Positions 25,726-39,385 of a stretch of 64,000 nt of DNA are shown here, piece by piece (position 1 is the first letter of the stretch; each line of letters starts with the position of its first letter). Below the pieces are notes generated by a model, which made no database searches, was not told the DNA's origin, and saw nothing but the letters and a program-made list of their open reading frames with translations. Position numbers and translations under genes: made by a program. The stretch spans positions 1,922,001-1,986,000 of the forward strand of contig JAYWIR010000003.1 of NCBI GenBank assembly GCA_036172245.1, written 5' to 3'. The stretch comes from Raillietiella orientalis. Its lineage: Eukaryota.

Positions 25726-28700
25726 GTGAGTCTCACGCGTTCGGTTGACCACTCTGTTGCAATCGGCGTCAGCCGGTTTGGGACAGAAGCCGCTGATCTT
25801 CGGTTCGCAGATTACTCACCACGATACTAAGGCCGCTTCTAAAATTTCACCCACCAGAGATTTGGGGAAGTGTATCACCGGTAGAAGATCTCTCTCTGCT
25901 GCCACGAGACTCTTCTTGTGCAGCTCCATCCTTTCGTGGACAATGATGGTGCCGCCAAAAAAAATAGCATAGGAATCGCTCATCTCACCGTTCACTCGAA
26001 TCGAAGTGCGCCGGTCGTGATTGTGGCGCTAGAACCAGTTGCCTGTCCAACTGCAAGGAGGGCGCAGCCGTGGGCTTAAGGCGGTATTTTTGAGCAGCTA
26101 TTTTAATAAGTATAACGAAGAAGGCGCAGTGGCCAATTCGTGCCTCATGGTCAGAAGCTATGGCGGAGCCCACGCCAGTATTCGTCTGCTTTATTCACTG
26201 AGGGGATGTATCCGATGAATGAGGCTGGGACGATGAAAAATGTTTTAGTGTATATTGGTGTAGTGACGATGGTGTATTCGGAAAATAACGGAATTCGATG
26301 TGAAAAGGATGGTTGCGTGTTCAACGTTAAGGCAGCTGAATACACTATCTATAGGGTTAGGAAGAAGAGTATTATAGTGTCTGTTATGAGAAGTCGCGGC
26401 TTGTAGAAGCGGTAGTCAACGAATGAGGACCAATGCTTGCACCCCAGTGTGCTCGATTCGATTTCAGATTGCAAGCATAAGCAGGAACAAGAAGAGGTAG
26501 CGGACCTGCTTAAGACACAGTGGAAGTGCGCCTCGGCAGAACCTCATTAATAATTATACCAATTAATAATCAGAAGAAACTGCAATTCAGCTCAACAGCT
26601 CAAATTCTTCTGCGCCCTATCGAACCAAAGGATCGCTCGCACAGATCCGGCCGCAACAGCAGGTGCTGATCGAATCAGCAGGAGCATCCTCTTTCATCTT
26701 GAATCATTTATCTGCATGCGAGCAAACGCAAGCTCTTGTATGACAGGGGGGCGTAGCTCGAACCCATAGAAACACGAAGCGCGCCGGAGAGGTGCCGAGA
26801 CGCAAGTGTCCTTTAGAATCGAATAGAAACCGATTGATTCTCTCTGTTCGTTGGCAACGAGACCGGCTCCTCTGCCCAAGCAACACGGATAAGTTTCGGG
26901 AGACAAAGATGGGAAGGGATATGGCGCGTATCAGAAAGAGCTTCAGATGCTCCGTGTTTACCGAAAGCCTGTCCGAGGGCCGAAACATTTCCCTCCCATT
27001 CGTCAGCGGATGCCGGCATACCGCCATGTTTCTTTTCGCTCGAAGGACGAAAGTAAGTGGCACTCTGTTTACCAGCATCTCCGGTGAACGGATGGGTTGT
27101 TTCCACAAGGTCTTAAGTGGAATCGGGCGTTGTCTTTGGGAGCACCCTCGAGAGGATGTCGGAACGGTGGTGCGACTACAGCAGCAAGTGACGGTGGCAC
27201 TGCAGCAGCAGCAGCACCCTCGGTGAAGCTGTGATGAGATGAAGGAGAGCAAAACACGCGAACCTCAGGGGAACCAGAGAGAGATGCTGCGAGACTCGGA
27301 CTGCAAGGAAGACTCCCAGAGTTTCATGGAAAAGCTAAAGGGGGCCAAGAGCACCAACACTCACGGGATGCGAAATGGACTTTCGCGAAAGTTCGAAATC
27401 ACATCGTCGAACTGCGGTGTTCGCGGTGCGCCGCGTCGTCGGTAGTCGACGGAGGGCAAGTCCTACGTGGTTGGGAGGAGAGAGATCGCTGAGGAAGGGA
27501 TGCCGAGCTGGACGCGTTGCGGGTTTCGGGTCTCAGGAGTGGCTAATGGCTGAGATGGCTCCTGGCTTCGGATGAGCGTTGCCAGGATGCGCTCACGTCT
27601 GCCGCCGGATACCGCCTCGTTGACTAACCCGGAACGAAAAGTGCCGCCCTCAAGGCTTTATCGAGCGGCTCTCACACTTCCAGTGGAACGAAGGAACGGT
27701 TCTTAACTGCTTGGAGAACCCCCTCCCCCCTCCTTTCCAAAAAAAGCACCAAAAAAAAATCTGGAAGGAACGTGGCAACCAGCAAGAATAAATCACAGGA
27801 TTCCCATCATCCACATTCCAGAAGGAACGACTTCCCTGGTCTTGTAGAAGAAGCGATGATTTCTTCCGAGAACCCGTTCAGAGGCTAGAAACCGTATCGA
27901 TTCGTGGAAGAAGAGGGAGGGACGTTCTTCCGAGAGCGGAGAGATTTTCGAATGTCTTCGTCCACCGGTGGCACGTTGGAGATTCGAGAACTCAGTTTCC
28001 TCTGGATGAACACGTCGTGGTTGAAAAGTTCCGACAGCTTCAGCTCCGTCGGAACACCTCGCATCCGAGAACGTGGGAGATTTTCCGCGTTCCATCTCGA
28101 AATTCGGGTCTTCCGAAAGCGCCGTCTTCATCGAGTGGCCATCGGGCAGGTGAAGGCAGAGCCTCCGAGCTTTCTTGAAACCCCGCAGATTAGAAGGAAA
28201 TCACGAATGAAAGGACCTGCTGCAGGAAGAACTCAGGTGATCAGGGGCTTCATCGGAAACTGTTATTCGATTCTCCTGGACCTCCAGTTCCCGAACTCAC
28301 GCACGCGCACACAGATGCCAAAGAGGGAAGAGGGAAAAGGGAAGCTCTCGCTGACTCCAGGGCACTTGCAGTACTGTCAGTACCGGATTCATAGCATCTG
28401 AGAGATGAGATCGTAGGCACGCGATGTGCCACGATCCCATCCCGGAGATACAGCAGCGGGGACAAAGAAGAAATCAGAGGAAAGAGAAGCTCTTCTTTAG
28501 AAATCGCACAGGTTTAAAGGCATCGTAGGGACGTGCTGTTTGCCTGTCCTTCTTCCTCCTGCCATTGCTAAAGAAATTCGGAGATGATGCTTTCTTCCTA
28601 GAACGATGACCACTCAGGGTTGAGAGAGAGAGACAACTGCAGCTGTGGTTGTCGCTCTCTCTCTCTCTCTCTCTGAAGCCCGCGCACTTGGAATTTGGCG

Positions 28701-28842
28701 GGCAGGGGGGCGGGGCATGCGAGACCGTCTGTCTGCGGTGTCTTCCGGAACGCTCCCGGAGCGCTCGCATGTCACTGTTCGTGACTCCCGACGCTTCGCA
28801 CCTCTTCCGTTTTGAACCGGCAGCTGAATTTAGTCATTTCAG

Positions 28843-28986
28843 GCCTCCTGCCAAGTGGAGTTGGAAAAGTGGATCCAGAGCATACACTGCGCCTGCGCAG
28901 CCGCTTTCGCCAGACACCGTGGCAAAACCGGGACCCTCCATCTCTTACAGGAAGAAATATTCCGCCTCGACAGAGCTATAGAAACG
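28843..28986 (+). CDS. sif: sif exon 6 (end of PH1, start of coiled coil)
   Basis: tttcag| and acg|gtaaga; [48 protein letters not shown]. Confidence 0.96.
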
Positions 28987-29479
28987 GTAAGAAAACCGGG
29001 GTCGCAAAACAACATCCATGGTGATGCGAATGCTTTCTATTTTGGATGGGGAAGACCGACTTTTTCCAGTAACTCCGAAAGTCTTCAGCATATCCTCCCT
29101 GCATTTTAGGAAGGGATCCCGAAAGGATCTTAAATCCCCTCCTTCCTTCCCCGCGCTCCGGATCACCTTTGGGTCTCATATTTCACATGCATCAGCGGTG
29201 ACCGTAGAGCTTGCGTTGTCTCAGGAGCTGGGTGCTTTGACACCGGTGCCGCTACGCGAGACAGGACGGAATCGCTCGCGTTTCCCGATTAGAACCCTCC
29301 GTTTACCCCAACTTGCCGTAGGCTGGTTGGCGGTCAGTAACCACCAAACACAAGTCACAGGCGCGCCACAAGAATGAAATATTTTTTCGAGCTCCGGTGC
29401 GCATCCGCATGCACTTTGGCGGTGACTGGCATCTCTTCCGCCAGTACGCGTCTTCGGGGGGCGAAGCTCGTGAGCACGG

Positions 29480-29945
29480 GAGCACACCGGGACAGTGCGT
29501 TCCAGCACGATCGAAACGCAATGTGCTTGAAACACGTTCCGTTGTGCGCCCTGGAGATGCTTCGAGGGCCAACCAGAATCCTCAGCCGAGAATTCCATGA
29601 GGGATTTCGGATGAACCTGCGAAGATCTCTCTTTTCGCAGGGCCTTTGTACTTAGCTTCGTCGTGTGGCACCATCGGAAATTCTTTGTGACCTCTCCTCG
29701 AGAAACGTGATGTCGTCGTACCTTGGTCACTCACGGAGAACATGCTCGAGCCTAAGACAACACCTTGCGCGAGCCATACCGGGTGGTGACCCGGTGTGGC
29801 TAGCGCGGCTACCAGTCGGAAACACAAGGAACCCTTCGTCAAGATTCGAGGAGAGAAAGAGTGGAAATCCGATCTGCACAGATTGGTGGAACTGGCTCTG
29901 AAAATGAGGCAGGATGAGGAGGAGGTGGTAGTGGTGGTGGTAGGC
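29480..29945 (+). mobile_element. Decayed RTE-like 3' end with microsatellite-like tail
   Basis: GFRMNLRRSL, SRNVMSSYLGHSRR and IPGG resemble AFEMKCLRRLL, KRRKLxYFGHVxR and VxGGRRRGR; ends in a (GAG/GTG)n run at about 29915-29942. Confidence 0.4.
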
Positions 29946-31149
29946 TCAGTGTGTACCGCATTAGATTTGCGTCTTTGAGTAGATGCAGGATGCCTTCAAG
30001 GTCATCATGCCTGGGGACATTCTGTGACGATTTTCGCTGGGAGCCGTTGCTCTCTGAGCGCCGCGTCCACCGGAAGTTGGGGGTGGATGTCAGGGTTGTC
30101 CATCGTCTTCGGAGTTCGGCCCGCTTAGCCATCTGGTCTGCTTGGGCACTGGTGATTCCACCTCGGTGTCGAGATGGTGGTCGCACAGCTCGGGAGCTAA
30201 AACCCTGCTGGGGAGTCCGGCACCTCTCCAGTCTCGCTCGCCGTTTCCTTTATTTCAAATACACTCCTTCGCTATCCCTCCAGGTATGTGAGCTCCCGGG
30301 TTGCGTGGTCTCCGGAACCGTTCGGTTCGGCTAGATGTAAAACACCCTGCCCTAGTTTCGTTTTCTCTTTATGTGTTCCTTGCGGCGTTCGAGCCTTCCC
30401 GCCCCATCCGGCCCAGAGGGCTTCAAAATCACCCTTTCTGCTACCACCCTGCTGCCAACTGGAAGAAGGCCAAGAAGGTGCTCAACGATGCTGCAGAACG
30501 ATTCTTGAAACCCGTTTTCTTTCTTTCTTTCTTTTTTTTTTCACACAAGTCCCGATTGCTCCATGAAGCCTAAGAATTCGTTGATCCTCAGTGCATCTTC
30601 TTCCGCGATGCTCCCTCCAAACTCTTCAGTCCCGCCGGATCCCACTGGTCGGCGGCTTGGGGAGATCAAAACTTACCTCTGCCGACCGCCATCATCTCTC
30701 CCAGACCTCGACGGTCACTTTCTCGATGTGCAGAACGAAGTGATCATGACGGCATCCGAAACGGTGACGGAATCTTCCCGCCTCCTTCGTTCCGCTTCCC
30801 TCAGTCACGTCTCTCCCTGTTTTGTTCGTTTACAGGAAGAACTCACGAAAGTGTTTCCATGTCTCCTTATCACTGACTGGGTTGAATTGAAGTCGGAATG
30901 GACACGGTGGAACATGGAATCCCAAAGAACTAAGGATGGAACTAAGGATTGTCTCCATGATCAAGAGCATAGTATTAGCAGGCTAAAAACACACACACAA
31001 AAATGTAGAGAATGACCGTGACACGATCAGACTGCCCAAAATCTAATTATGAACAGTCACGTGAGATGGCGTGACGCACGAGCAGCTCGTTCGTTTTTTT
31101 TTTTTTGGGGGGGGGGAGTGTTTTAACCTGCTGATACTACGACCTTCTC

Positions 31150-32750
31150 GATCTTTTGGCTAAGATCAAAGTGTAGCACCTCTAGCTCATGAAAAGGAGC
31201 TGTTATGAGTGAAGTCATCTGGGAGCTGCTGCTGTGGTGGGAGGGAGGTCCGCTCCTTTGCACAACCGGAGAGGAACTCTGCGGAAGGATGACACGCAAA
31301 ATCGCGAAGCGTTCCACATTTTTAACAGGAAAAATACGAGGAAGTAGCCTTCAGCTAGGCAGAGAGGGGAAGCAGCGCAGGGTGCATGCTTTCCTCGTTG
31401 GCTCTCTGAGAGCCTGGATCCAGGTAACGAAGTACTGCAAGATCTCGGAATTCCGAAGAAGGCGATGAGGCACCGGATGGGGGCTTCGTGCATCCGGTAC
31501 TCCAGCGACATCTATGCAGCTTACATCACGTGGAAGGCCGACAGTCAGATGCAGCCGGAGAACACCAGAGATCGGCTTTCGCGAAACAGGGGACAGGAAG
31601 CGAAGAAGCTGTTACGAGTGAAGTCATCTGGGAGCTGCTGCTGTGCCCCGACCCTTTGGCACTGCATCTGTTCCCCTGATGCTAAAAAAACATCTGGGTC
31701 TCTCGCGTCTCGATGCGGAATCCACGCATGTGCAGCTTACCATTCGAACATCCGAAGAGTAATCACAGCTTTGGTCCGTCTCCAGCACTGTCGCACCCAC
31801 AGTCTACCGTAGTGTTCATCTAAGCTCCAGAATATCTTCTTACCTCGAAACCTTCTGCGATGATGGTACCGCTCACGATGCATCCAAAGCACAGGTTGCA
31901 CCTCGAGAAATACATTCGCATGTTCTGGTTATTCGCTCGCTTCCATCGCAGCTGGCGATCTTTTAGTTGTTTCCCTAGCTATGCCACATCCCTTTCAAAT
32001 TTTCTTCTTCTCCTTCTTCTAAAGTTCCGAACTCATTCTGTGGAATCAAATCAGAATGGTGGGGTGAAGAAATGCTGCTTGTTGTCCTCCGGGCATCACT
32101 GCGCTACGTCTCTTTACCGTTGCCTTGTCCATGTTCCCGAATTCCGAACTGGAAGCGTGCCGCCTAGTGGGATCTTAAGCAGGAGAAATGATGGAATCAT
32201 CAAGACACTTATCGTTTGCAATCGTGGAGCAACAGAGTGTACTAGGAGGATGTATGCGACACACAGTCACGCTGCTGCCGCGCTAGAGCATCCAGTCATT
32301 TGTGGCACGGAGGACTCGGAGCGACGTGATGGAAAACCCCGAGATGGAAAACAGGCAAGCAGAGTTGAGCTCAGCCTCAGTAGAGGAACAGCTCTTGTCA
32401 CGTAACGCGGTAGCGGCAGCGTGGCCAGATCACGCGTACAGCACTTTCCGTTTCGACACATTCATACGGCGCCGTGTTTGCATTGAATCCACACGGCCAG
32501 ATGGTCTCTCCAGTGAAATGCCAGTAAGGATTTTGGAGGCTATGAAGTGCCTTACTTGAAGTGCCGTTGTTGCCGAATATTACCGTAGATCTCGACGCCA
32601 CGTGCACTCCAAACCTTCAGGCTTTCCTCACGTCTTCTACACCGATTTGGTACTCGAGAGTTGACCCCAAGAGGAAATCCAGATTGATGAATGAACGCGA
32701 GGCAAAACGGAAGAAGTTTCTGCAGCCGTTCTTAGAATGACCCTTCCTCA
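31150..32750 (+). mobile_element. Decayed non-LTR (RTE-like) reverse transcriptase fragments
   Basis: IPKK(G)D, IGFR, EVIW, PDGLSSEMPVRI..PLLPNITVD and FYTD-LVL occur in the expected RT order (PIxKKGD, GFR, EVIW, GVxQG..SPLLFNI, YADD), with many stops and frameshifts. Confidence 0.4.
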
Positions 32751-33199
32751 TGCTCATGGACCGGAAACCAAGCTAGTAATCAGGGAACATAGATGGCTTC
32801 GAGGATCTTGGGACAAGCACAGTCGGCCTCTCGTATTCTTCATGACTGTTCCTCTGTGTGCCATGTTTCCTTGTGTCGTCACATACTCGTTGTCGAGAGC
32901 ACCCGCTGATCTGCTTTCCACTCTTCGAGCTTTGTCTCCGAGTGGTTCGTCAATACCGAGTACCTCTGGACGCTTATGCAAACGGATCTCGTTGTTCCGT
33001 CAGCTGCCTTGCTCCCGATGCGACGGTGCCGCATAAGAAGGCTGCAGGGAGATTCCGCGCTCGACACCTCGAGAACGCAGTTTTAAAACGGGAGAACCCA
33101 AGAGATTCCACCGCCTGCGGGGAGAACATCACGTGCAATTGGACTCTTTCAGAGAGTTCGGAGACATGAGACTGTTAGGGATCACGAGAAAGTGGCGTC

Positions 33200-34050
33200 C
33201 GAATGTTGGTTCGGAACATCCAAGAGGGTCTTAAGGGCATCAGTGGCCATTCGCCGAATGCACTGAGAATTCTGCGTGGTGGATCACACAAACTCAATGG
33301 GCATTCTGCAAAGTTTCCCCGATGGACGTCCCGAAGATTTCGCGCACTTGGGGTGTCTGCCCGAGGGAATATCCTTCGCGGCGAGCAGCTGCCTCTGCAC
33401 CGTTGTGATTGAATTTTCCCACCAATCCTCTTCATTGTCAAAAGTCCCTTGCCAAAAGTACACGCCGGGCTTGGGCACGACTTCCTCCAGAAACTCTTGC
33501 TAGCAGCCGGAAACCTCCTCGAAATTCTTGATACTCTGCTGCTCATTCCTTGCTACCCATTTTCTTTTCCTTCTGGTGTATGCAGGCCAAAGATTCCGTA
33601 TGCAGCTTCAGCGAATCTTGTCTCTACCTAGTGTATCGCTCTTCCAATTAAAGAGACTCCGGATTATACTGCCTGTTAGAAACTGTTAGAAACGTACTTC
33701 CAATCTGTCTCGTTTATCTGGCTGATGTAGCGATAAAGCTTCAACTGTTGGAGCCAGGCGCCTCCAGAACTATGCGACATTGAAAACGGAATGAGGTCGC
33801 TTCGATAACAGCAGCAAATCCAACGTCTGATGGCACATCTCAAGGACTGCCAAAAATAGCAAATTGTGTCAAAGGGAGAAGAGTTAGTTTCCTCAGCCGA
33901 AAGCCCCTCTCCCTTAAACTTGGTATCCCTGATGGATCAGTTGAATTTCTGGATGGTTTCTCCGAGCGCTCGTTTCCATATCTCGAGATGGTCCCATGCA
34001 TCCCAACGTTAACCGTGAACACGTGGTGGGCTCAAACTACGAATCCTGGA
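33200..34050 (-). mobile_element. Decayed APE-type endonuclease of an RTE-like element
   Basis: Minus strand: TVNVG, DTKFKGEG, YFWQS, VGFA, LGLH..KENG and ASKSFWRK follow the APE pattern TxNVG..ETKWKG..FFWSG..GVGF..NENG..ANTFFRK. Confidence 0.45.
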
Positions 34051-35209
34051 ATTCCAATGGCGACTGTAGCATGGATCATCCCATCTCTGGATCCAAGCAC
34101 CTTGAACCGATCAAGACGCGTCATTAACCGATCCTCTGTTTGTTCCATGGGATTACGAGTCGGTTCCTAACTCCGCCTACGCTCCCCATGGAAGGGCATC
34201 CACCTGTCTCCATGCCCAGCCACCTGAGATGAGAGTAGTTTTGTCAACTCCCTGTAAAGGGGGAAATTGGCTGTTACTGATACTCCGCGAGCGGACACGG
34301 AAACCCATGTTCGTGCTCTCGGAGGTGTTGACTTCGCATCGTGTGCCGTGACGGAAGTCCGGGTGTGGTTTCTCTTTCCAGCAATTGCCAGCTCGCGTGC
34401 TTCTTCGGAATTAAAAGGGGTGGAAACAAAAAAAAAAAAAAAAGGGAAAAACGCAACCCTTTTTCCAGGATTTGATTTTTCGGTAACTTCGAAGTTCTTC
34501 TCTGTGCGAAAGAGTGAACTCCGGCAGCAGCAGTTTACAGCTACCAAAAATCACTGAGCTACATATAGTAGTTGTACAATACATATGCGTACGCTCGATC
34601 AGACGTCACACTTTTGCGCATATCTTCGAGGGTCGCATGTTTGTTGAAAAAGATTTTGCGCTTTCTGCCAGTGAATGATGACGGGATGACGTCATCTGTG
34701 ACAACATCATTTCGATCAACAGATGCTGTACTAACCGTTGAAAGCAATACCGACCTACGTACATAAAGAGTGCATTCGGCACATTAAAGTTAAATTCATG
34801 CGTTTGGATCGGATCGTCTCGTGCCGTGATTCTGCGTGCTCTTCGCATCACGGAGAAGGACACGAAGAGTATTTTTAAACCATCTTTATTTATTTGCTTT
34901 CTTATTTCATTTCGCTTGTTCTCCCCCCTCCCCCTCCTCGATGATGCGTGGCTTCACAGATCCGTGGTTAAAAACTTGCCAAGTGCGTCTTGCCAGCCTC
35001 GGATGCCTGCAGGCACAACAACAGTGAATCCACTCGACAAGTCACGGTCCACTCCCATTCCCGGTTTTTCGTCTCCGCTTAGCCACCTTGGATGTTTTTT
35101 GGCGCCGGTCGCTCGTTTCCCGCGCTGCTTCGAGTGGCAGCTCGCCCTCCCTTGAAGACGAATGCGATTCGCCTCTTTTTTGGTCCTCTCACGAACTCTC
35201 TGTGTACAG

Positions 35210-35392
35210 GAAAACAAAATGCTCCACATGGCCGAGCTGCAGCTGTCAGTCGTTCCCGAAGCCGACAACAAACAGCACGTGATTCAGCAGATAGTCATGA
35301 GGGAAGATAATCTGGAGAGACTCCACTGCGAGCAGTTTCGGCTCCGCTGCTACATGGCCTCTCTTCAGAATGGAGAACTGCCGAATCCCAAG
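35210..35392 (+). CDS. sif: sif exon 7 (Tiam CC-Ex region)
   Basis: gtacag| and aag|gtacgc; ENKMLHMAELQLSVV...NLERLHCEQFRLRCYMASLQNGELPNPK. Confidence 0.96.
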
Positions 35393-37215
35393 GTACGCCT
35401 TTCTGAACCTCGTGCTCATTGCACGAAAAAATTGAGGCACCGGCATCGCAAGTGGTGCTTCCCGTTTGCTGCAGTTGAGCCAAGCGATCATTTTTGCAGC
35501 AAGTGAACACTCAGTATGGGACCTTCCGGAACGCCGTCTTCTTCTTCCTCGTCATTCTTACACGCTTTCCTCGCTTCTTATTGGTTTATCCGTTTATTTG
35601 ATGCGTTCAGGAGAACGCACGGACCTCTCTTTCATCTCGCGGAATCAAACAGCATGTCTTTCGGATTTTTTTTTTTTTTTTTAAAAAAAACAAGTTCGGA
35701 GCACCGTACTGAGGCAATCCTGTTGGGCCGATCTGCAACTTCAAGGTCTGCCTCGCAGGTTCAGAGTTGCAGTGGTGATGCACTTCTTCTGGTCGCCTGC
35801 TGGCTGAGCACCGGGAGGCGAAACGACTCGCGGAAGAGAACAGGTGGCGCGATCAGAAGCGATGAATAAAAACGTTAGGGACGTCTGGGACCTTCCTGGA
35901 AACACTCTCTCAAGGGCTGACCAAAACCTTGTCTTTTCTTTGGTCTGCTTAAGGCCTTCTGATGGCGGCACCAGCCAGAGACGTGAGCATTCTTGTCGGC
36001 TTGATTGAGGTGCGTGCAAGCACCTCTTGAAAGAACGGATTGCGGATGAAAGTTGGCTGAGGCTTTCTCTGTAGCAATCACCGTCCTGGGCTGTACGTGC
36101 GCGCACGCTGCTTTCAGGATGTGCAGTTTTTACTTTCACTCTGAACCTCCGCACGTCGCGGATGCGTTTCCAGTCGAGCACTGCGGTTTTTTCGCCCCTG
36201 AAACCTTTTCTCCCTCTCTTCGCCTTCCCGTTTTTGAAAGGATCTTTAGTAGGTCTGGATCTCGATAAACATGGCGTGGTTTTTCAGTTGATGAGGTGTT
36301 TGGTTGCACGGTTCCCAGTAGTCGTTGAACCCACGGCAGATCCGACCGCCAGATAAGATCACGTGATCTCTCTCTTTCGCTTTTATCAATCCGCGGATGC
36401 GGACTACCGGGAAGGAAGCGAAAAGCCAGAAATCCACCAAAGCAAAGGCAATTGCGCAACGGCGCAATGAATTTCCTAGGGAAGCCAGCGGGACGCAGTA
36501 GAGCCAGTGGGTACAGAGATCTGCAATCGGCTACGATCAGCTTGGCGGTCCATTAGCAGCGATGGGATACCCCTAGGCAAAGTGCACTCGTTCGTGGGAA
36601 TCGAGTGACAAACAGAACGACCAGAGTCCTCCTGAGCGATGTCCAATTCGGCTGGACGCGCCCGCACGCGGAAGCGCGAGTCCGTTCAGCCTCCGCTACG
36701 TAACGACCAGCGAAAGCACCACCCCGCAAGCCGGGACATCCCCCTCCCTCCTCCCTCCCGAAAAATGGAAGGCGCTGACCAGCCAAGGAGTAGCAGCACC
36801 CTCGACCCTGCGCAGAGGCTCTCTGCATCGCGTCCAGGGAACCAGGAAAAAACACCGAGCGGCGCGGCGGCGCGCGTGGTGCGCGAGCGTTCGGTCCGTC
36901 CTTTCCGGAAACATGGGGGGGCGCGGCTCTCCGTTCCTGTTGCGGTCAAGGGGCAGCTTTTGAGGGGGAGCGACCTCCCCCAGCTTTTTCAAGCACGTGC
37001 TCGGCGCACCAGGCCCAGAGGTGGCAAATGGTAGGAGGAATGAATCTCGCGCGCAGCATCTCTAGGCACTCGAACCAGCATCTCGGCGGACGATGCTGTA
37101 GGTCGCTGAAAAGAGAAAGGAGAAGAAGAAGGCAAAAAAAACTGTTACCTATTTGTGCAAATTGTCACCTATTATGGCGGCGGTGGTGCCGTAATTTCAA
37201 TTTTGTTTTGTTCAG

Positions 37216-37476
37216 GGGTTACTGTTCTATGTATCCAGAATCACTAAGAACATTTTAAATACCTTGGGAGTGTTCAGCGTGTCTTCGTTTCACGCATACA
37301 TCTGCGCTCGGAGCCCATCTCTGCTGAACAACCTGCTGGCCGGAAGAGGAGCTACCAAGAGACGAGCGCCCATGCTGTCCCGGAGCAATAGCTTCTCCAG
37401 CCGCCGCTCTCTCAGTGTAGGTTCAATAATGCCAGATTCCCAGAAAACGTGTATAGTGCAGCTGCCAAATAGCTCG
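37216..37476 (+). CDS. sif: sif exon 8 (Ex region to start of RBD)
   Basis: ttgttcag| and tcg|gtaaat; [50 protein letters not shown]. Confidence 0.95.
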
Positions 37477-37568
37477 GTAAATCCACTTTTCCTCTCACTT
37501 TCTGGGATACAAAGCGGAAGCACACAGGGGAGGGAAGCGAATCACGGATTCTTCTCGCTCTTTTGCAG

Positions 37569-37739
37569 TCCGTTACCGTGTACTTGAGGGACCCGATGTC
37601 CGTGGAGGAGTTCCTTATGAGCGCCTGCAACCGGAAGGGACTCAACCCCATGGAGCACTTCGTCCGAGTGAAGAAGAGGAAGGACATGGCGGACACGAAT
37701 TACTTTGTGCCGCACCGCAACGAGCTCATCGAAACCTAC
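37569..37739 (+). CDS. sif: sif exon 9 (Ras-binding domain, RBD)
   Basis: ttttgcag| and tac|gtgagt; [57 protein letters not shown]. Confidence 0.96.
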
Positions 37740-38994
37740 GTGAGTCTGGGGTCGCCCTCCCGCTCCCGGCCTGGGGTTGCGAGTGGCCACCGCTCGCCAA
37801 AGCCCTACGGGACCCCGCTGCAGCTCCGACATTCCGTTCCTCGTTCTCCTCCTCCGAAACGAGGAGCGACCCCCCATCCAGCGAATCCCTTCACGTCGAC
37901 GTTTCCCCTCGGGAATTTCCGGGAACTTTCTGCCGGCGTCTTTCCTGCGATTGCCGACTATTGCCTTCCCTCCGAATTCTCCGAACGTTCGAGGCGTTCT
38001 GCGCGCGCGCACTCGCGGTGGCCGCAGTCCGGCCGTCTGTGCACGGGTGGGAAAGCCGGAGGCTATTTGTGCGTCGTGCGAGAGCGGTGGCTCGCGCGCT
38101 GGCGCCTGTGGAAACACCTCGAAGAAAAGGGAAGCAAGAGCCGTCCTTTTTTTTGTGTGTGTGTGCATACCGTCCGCTGGAAGCGCTGCTCACCTGAAGC
38201 GTAAAGATGCACATGACAGCAGCCAAGGCGTGACCAACGGAACGTGTAGGAGCTGCGAGCGAGACCATGGCTGGAGAACTCGGAAGGGGCAGAACGAACA
38301 CGATCGCGTTGCCTTCTTCACTTTCCTTTTTTTTTTATTTTATTTTTATTTATTTATTTATTTCGAGACTTGTCGAACGTGTGGCGCAGAGGGGAACGTT
38401 ACCGTGTTCTGGTACGGCTGCACGGGTCGTGCGGTATGCGGCGGCTGCTCAGCAAGAGCACGGAAGACTCACCCAGCGCTCCTCCTCGTTCGCGCCACTA
38501 CCGGAGACGTCTCGTAAAGTTCGAGCTCCGAGCAACGAAAGCGCGTCCACCACTGCGACCTTTGACACCGAAACGCAGTCTGCTCGCGCGCTGAGCGGGA
38601 CTGCGAACGGGAAGAGCAGAAAGGGTGCGCGTCCCGCGTTTCTCCTCCGCTTGTGGAGAGTTCCGAGAAGCCGGGAGCTCTATTGGATCCGAATTGTCTG
38701 AACTCACATCTTTCCGGTACGGATCCAGGATCTTGATTTGCCGCCGCCATCAAAAAAAGCAAGGTTTGGAGGGGGGGGGGTTGGGAGAGGGTCCAGGAGG
38801 AAGGCAGATCAGCGCAGGACTAAGGGGCAAAGCAAACTTTCCTACATCCGCGAAGATTTCGTGGTTTCGTGCAAGAAGACCTCCGCAGTCATGGAAGCGC
38901 CCTCATTCTTTTACTCTTTGCTACCATCCGATTTGAAGCAATGGACCAGACACCGGATCTCGGTATCTGTCAACACAGAAGCCGACCCCCCCTT

Positions 38995-39385
38995 TGTGCA
39001 CGTGTACCACGTTTTCCTGCGTCTACGTGTACGTATTGCTGAGTATGTCACAACGTATCCTGGAGTGCATATACGTATCCTCACCTACGCGTCTTCATGA
39101 GCGCCCATATGTGTCCTTGTGTATTCGTGTACGACTATTCGTTGTGCTCCCTTACTTGTCTCCGTTTGCTCGTGTGCATGTTTCCTCTGAGAGCGTGTAC
39201 GTGTCCCTGTGTTGCTGTACGCCTCTCTGTGTGAGCCTGTTGGTGTTCCTGTCTGCCTGTACGTGTCTGTGTCTGCGTGCGTCTCCTGTGTGCGCTCGTA
39301 AACGTGTCTCCGTGTTGCCGAACGCTTCCCAGTGCGCGCGTGTACGGGTTCTCGCGTGCTCGTGTACGTGTGCGTGGGTGGAACG
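38995..39385. repeat. Degenerate GT/CGTGT-rich low-complexity tract
   Basis: Recurrent cgtgt, gtgtac and gtgtct words over about 390 bp. Confidence 0.7.
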
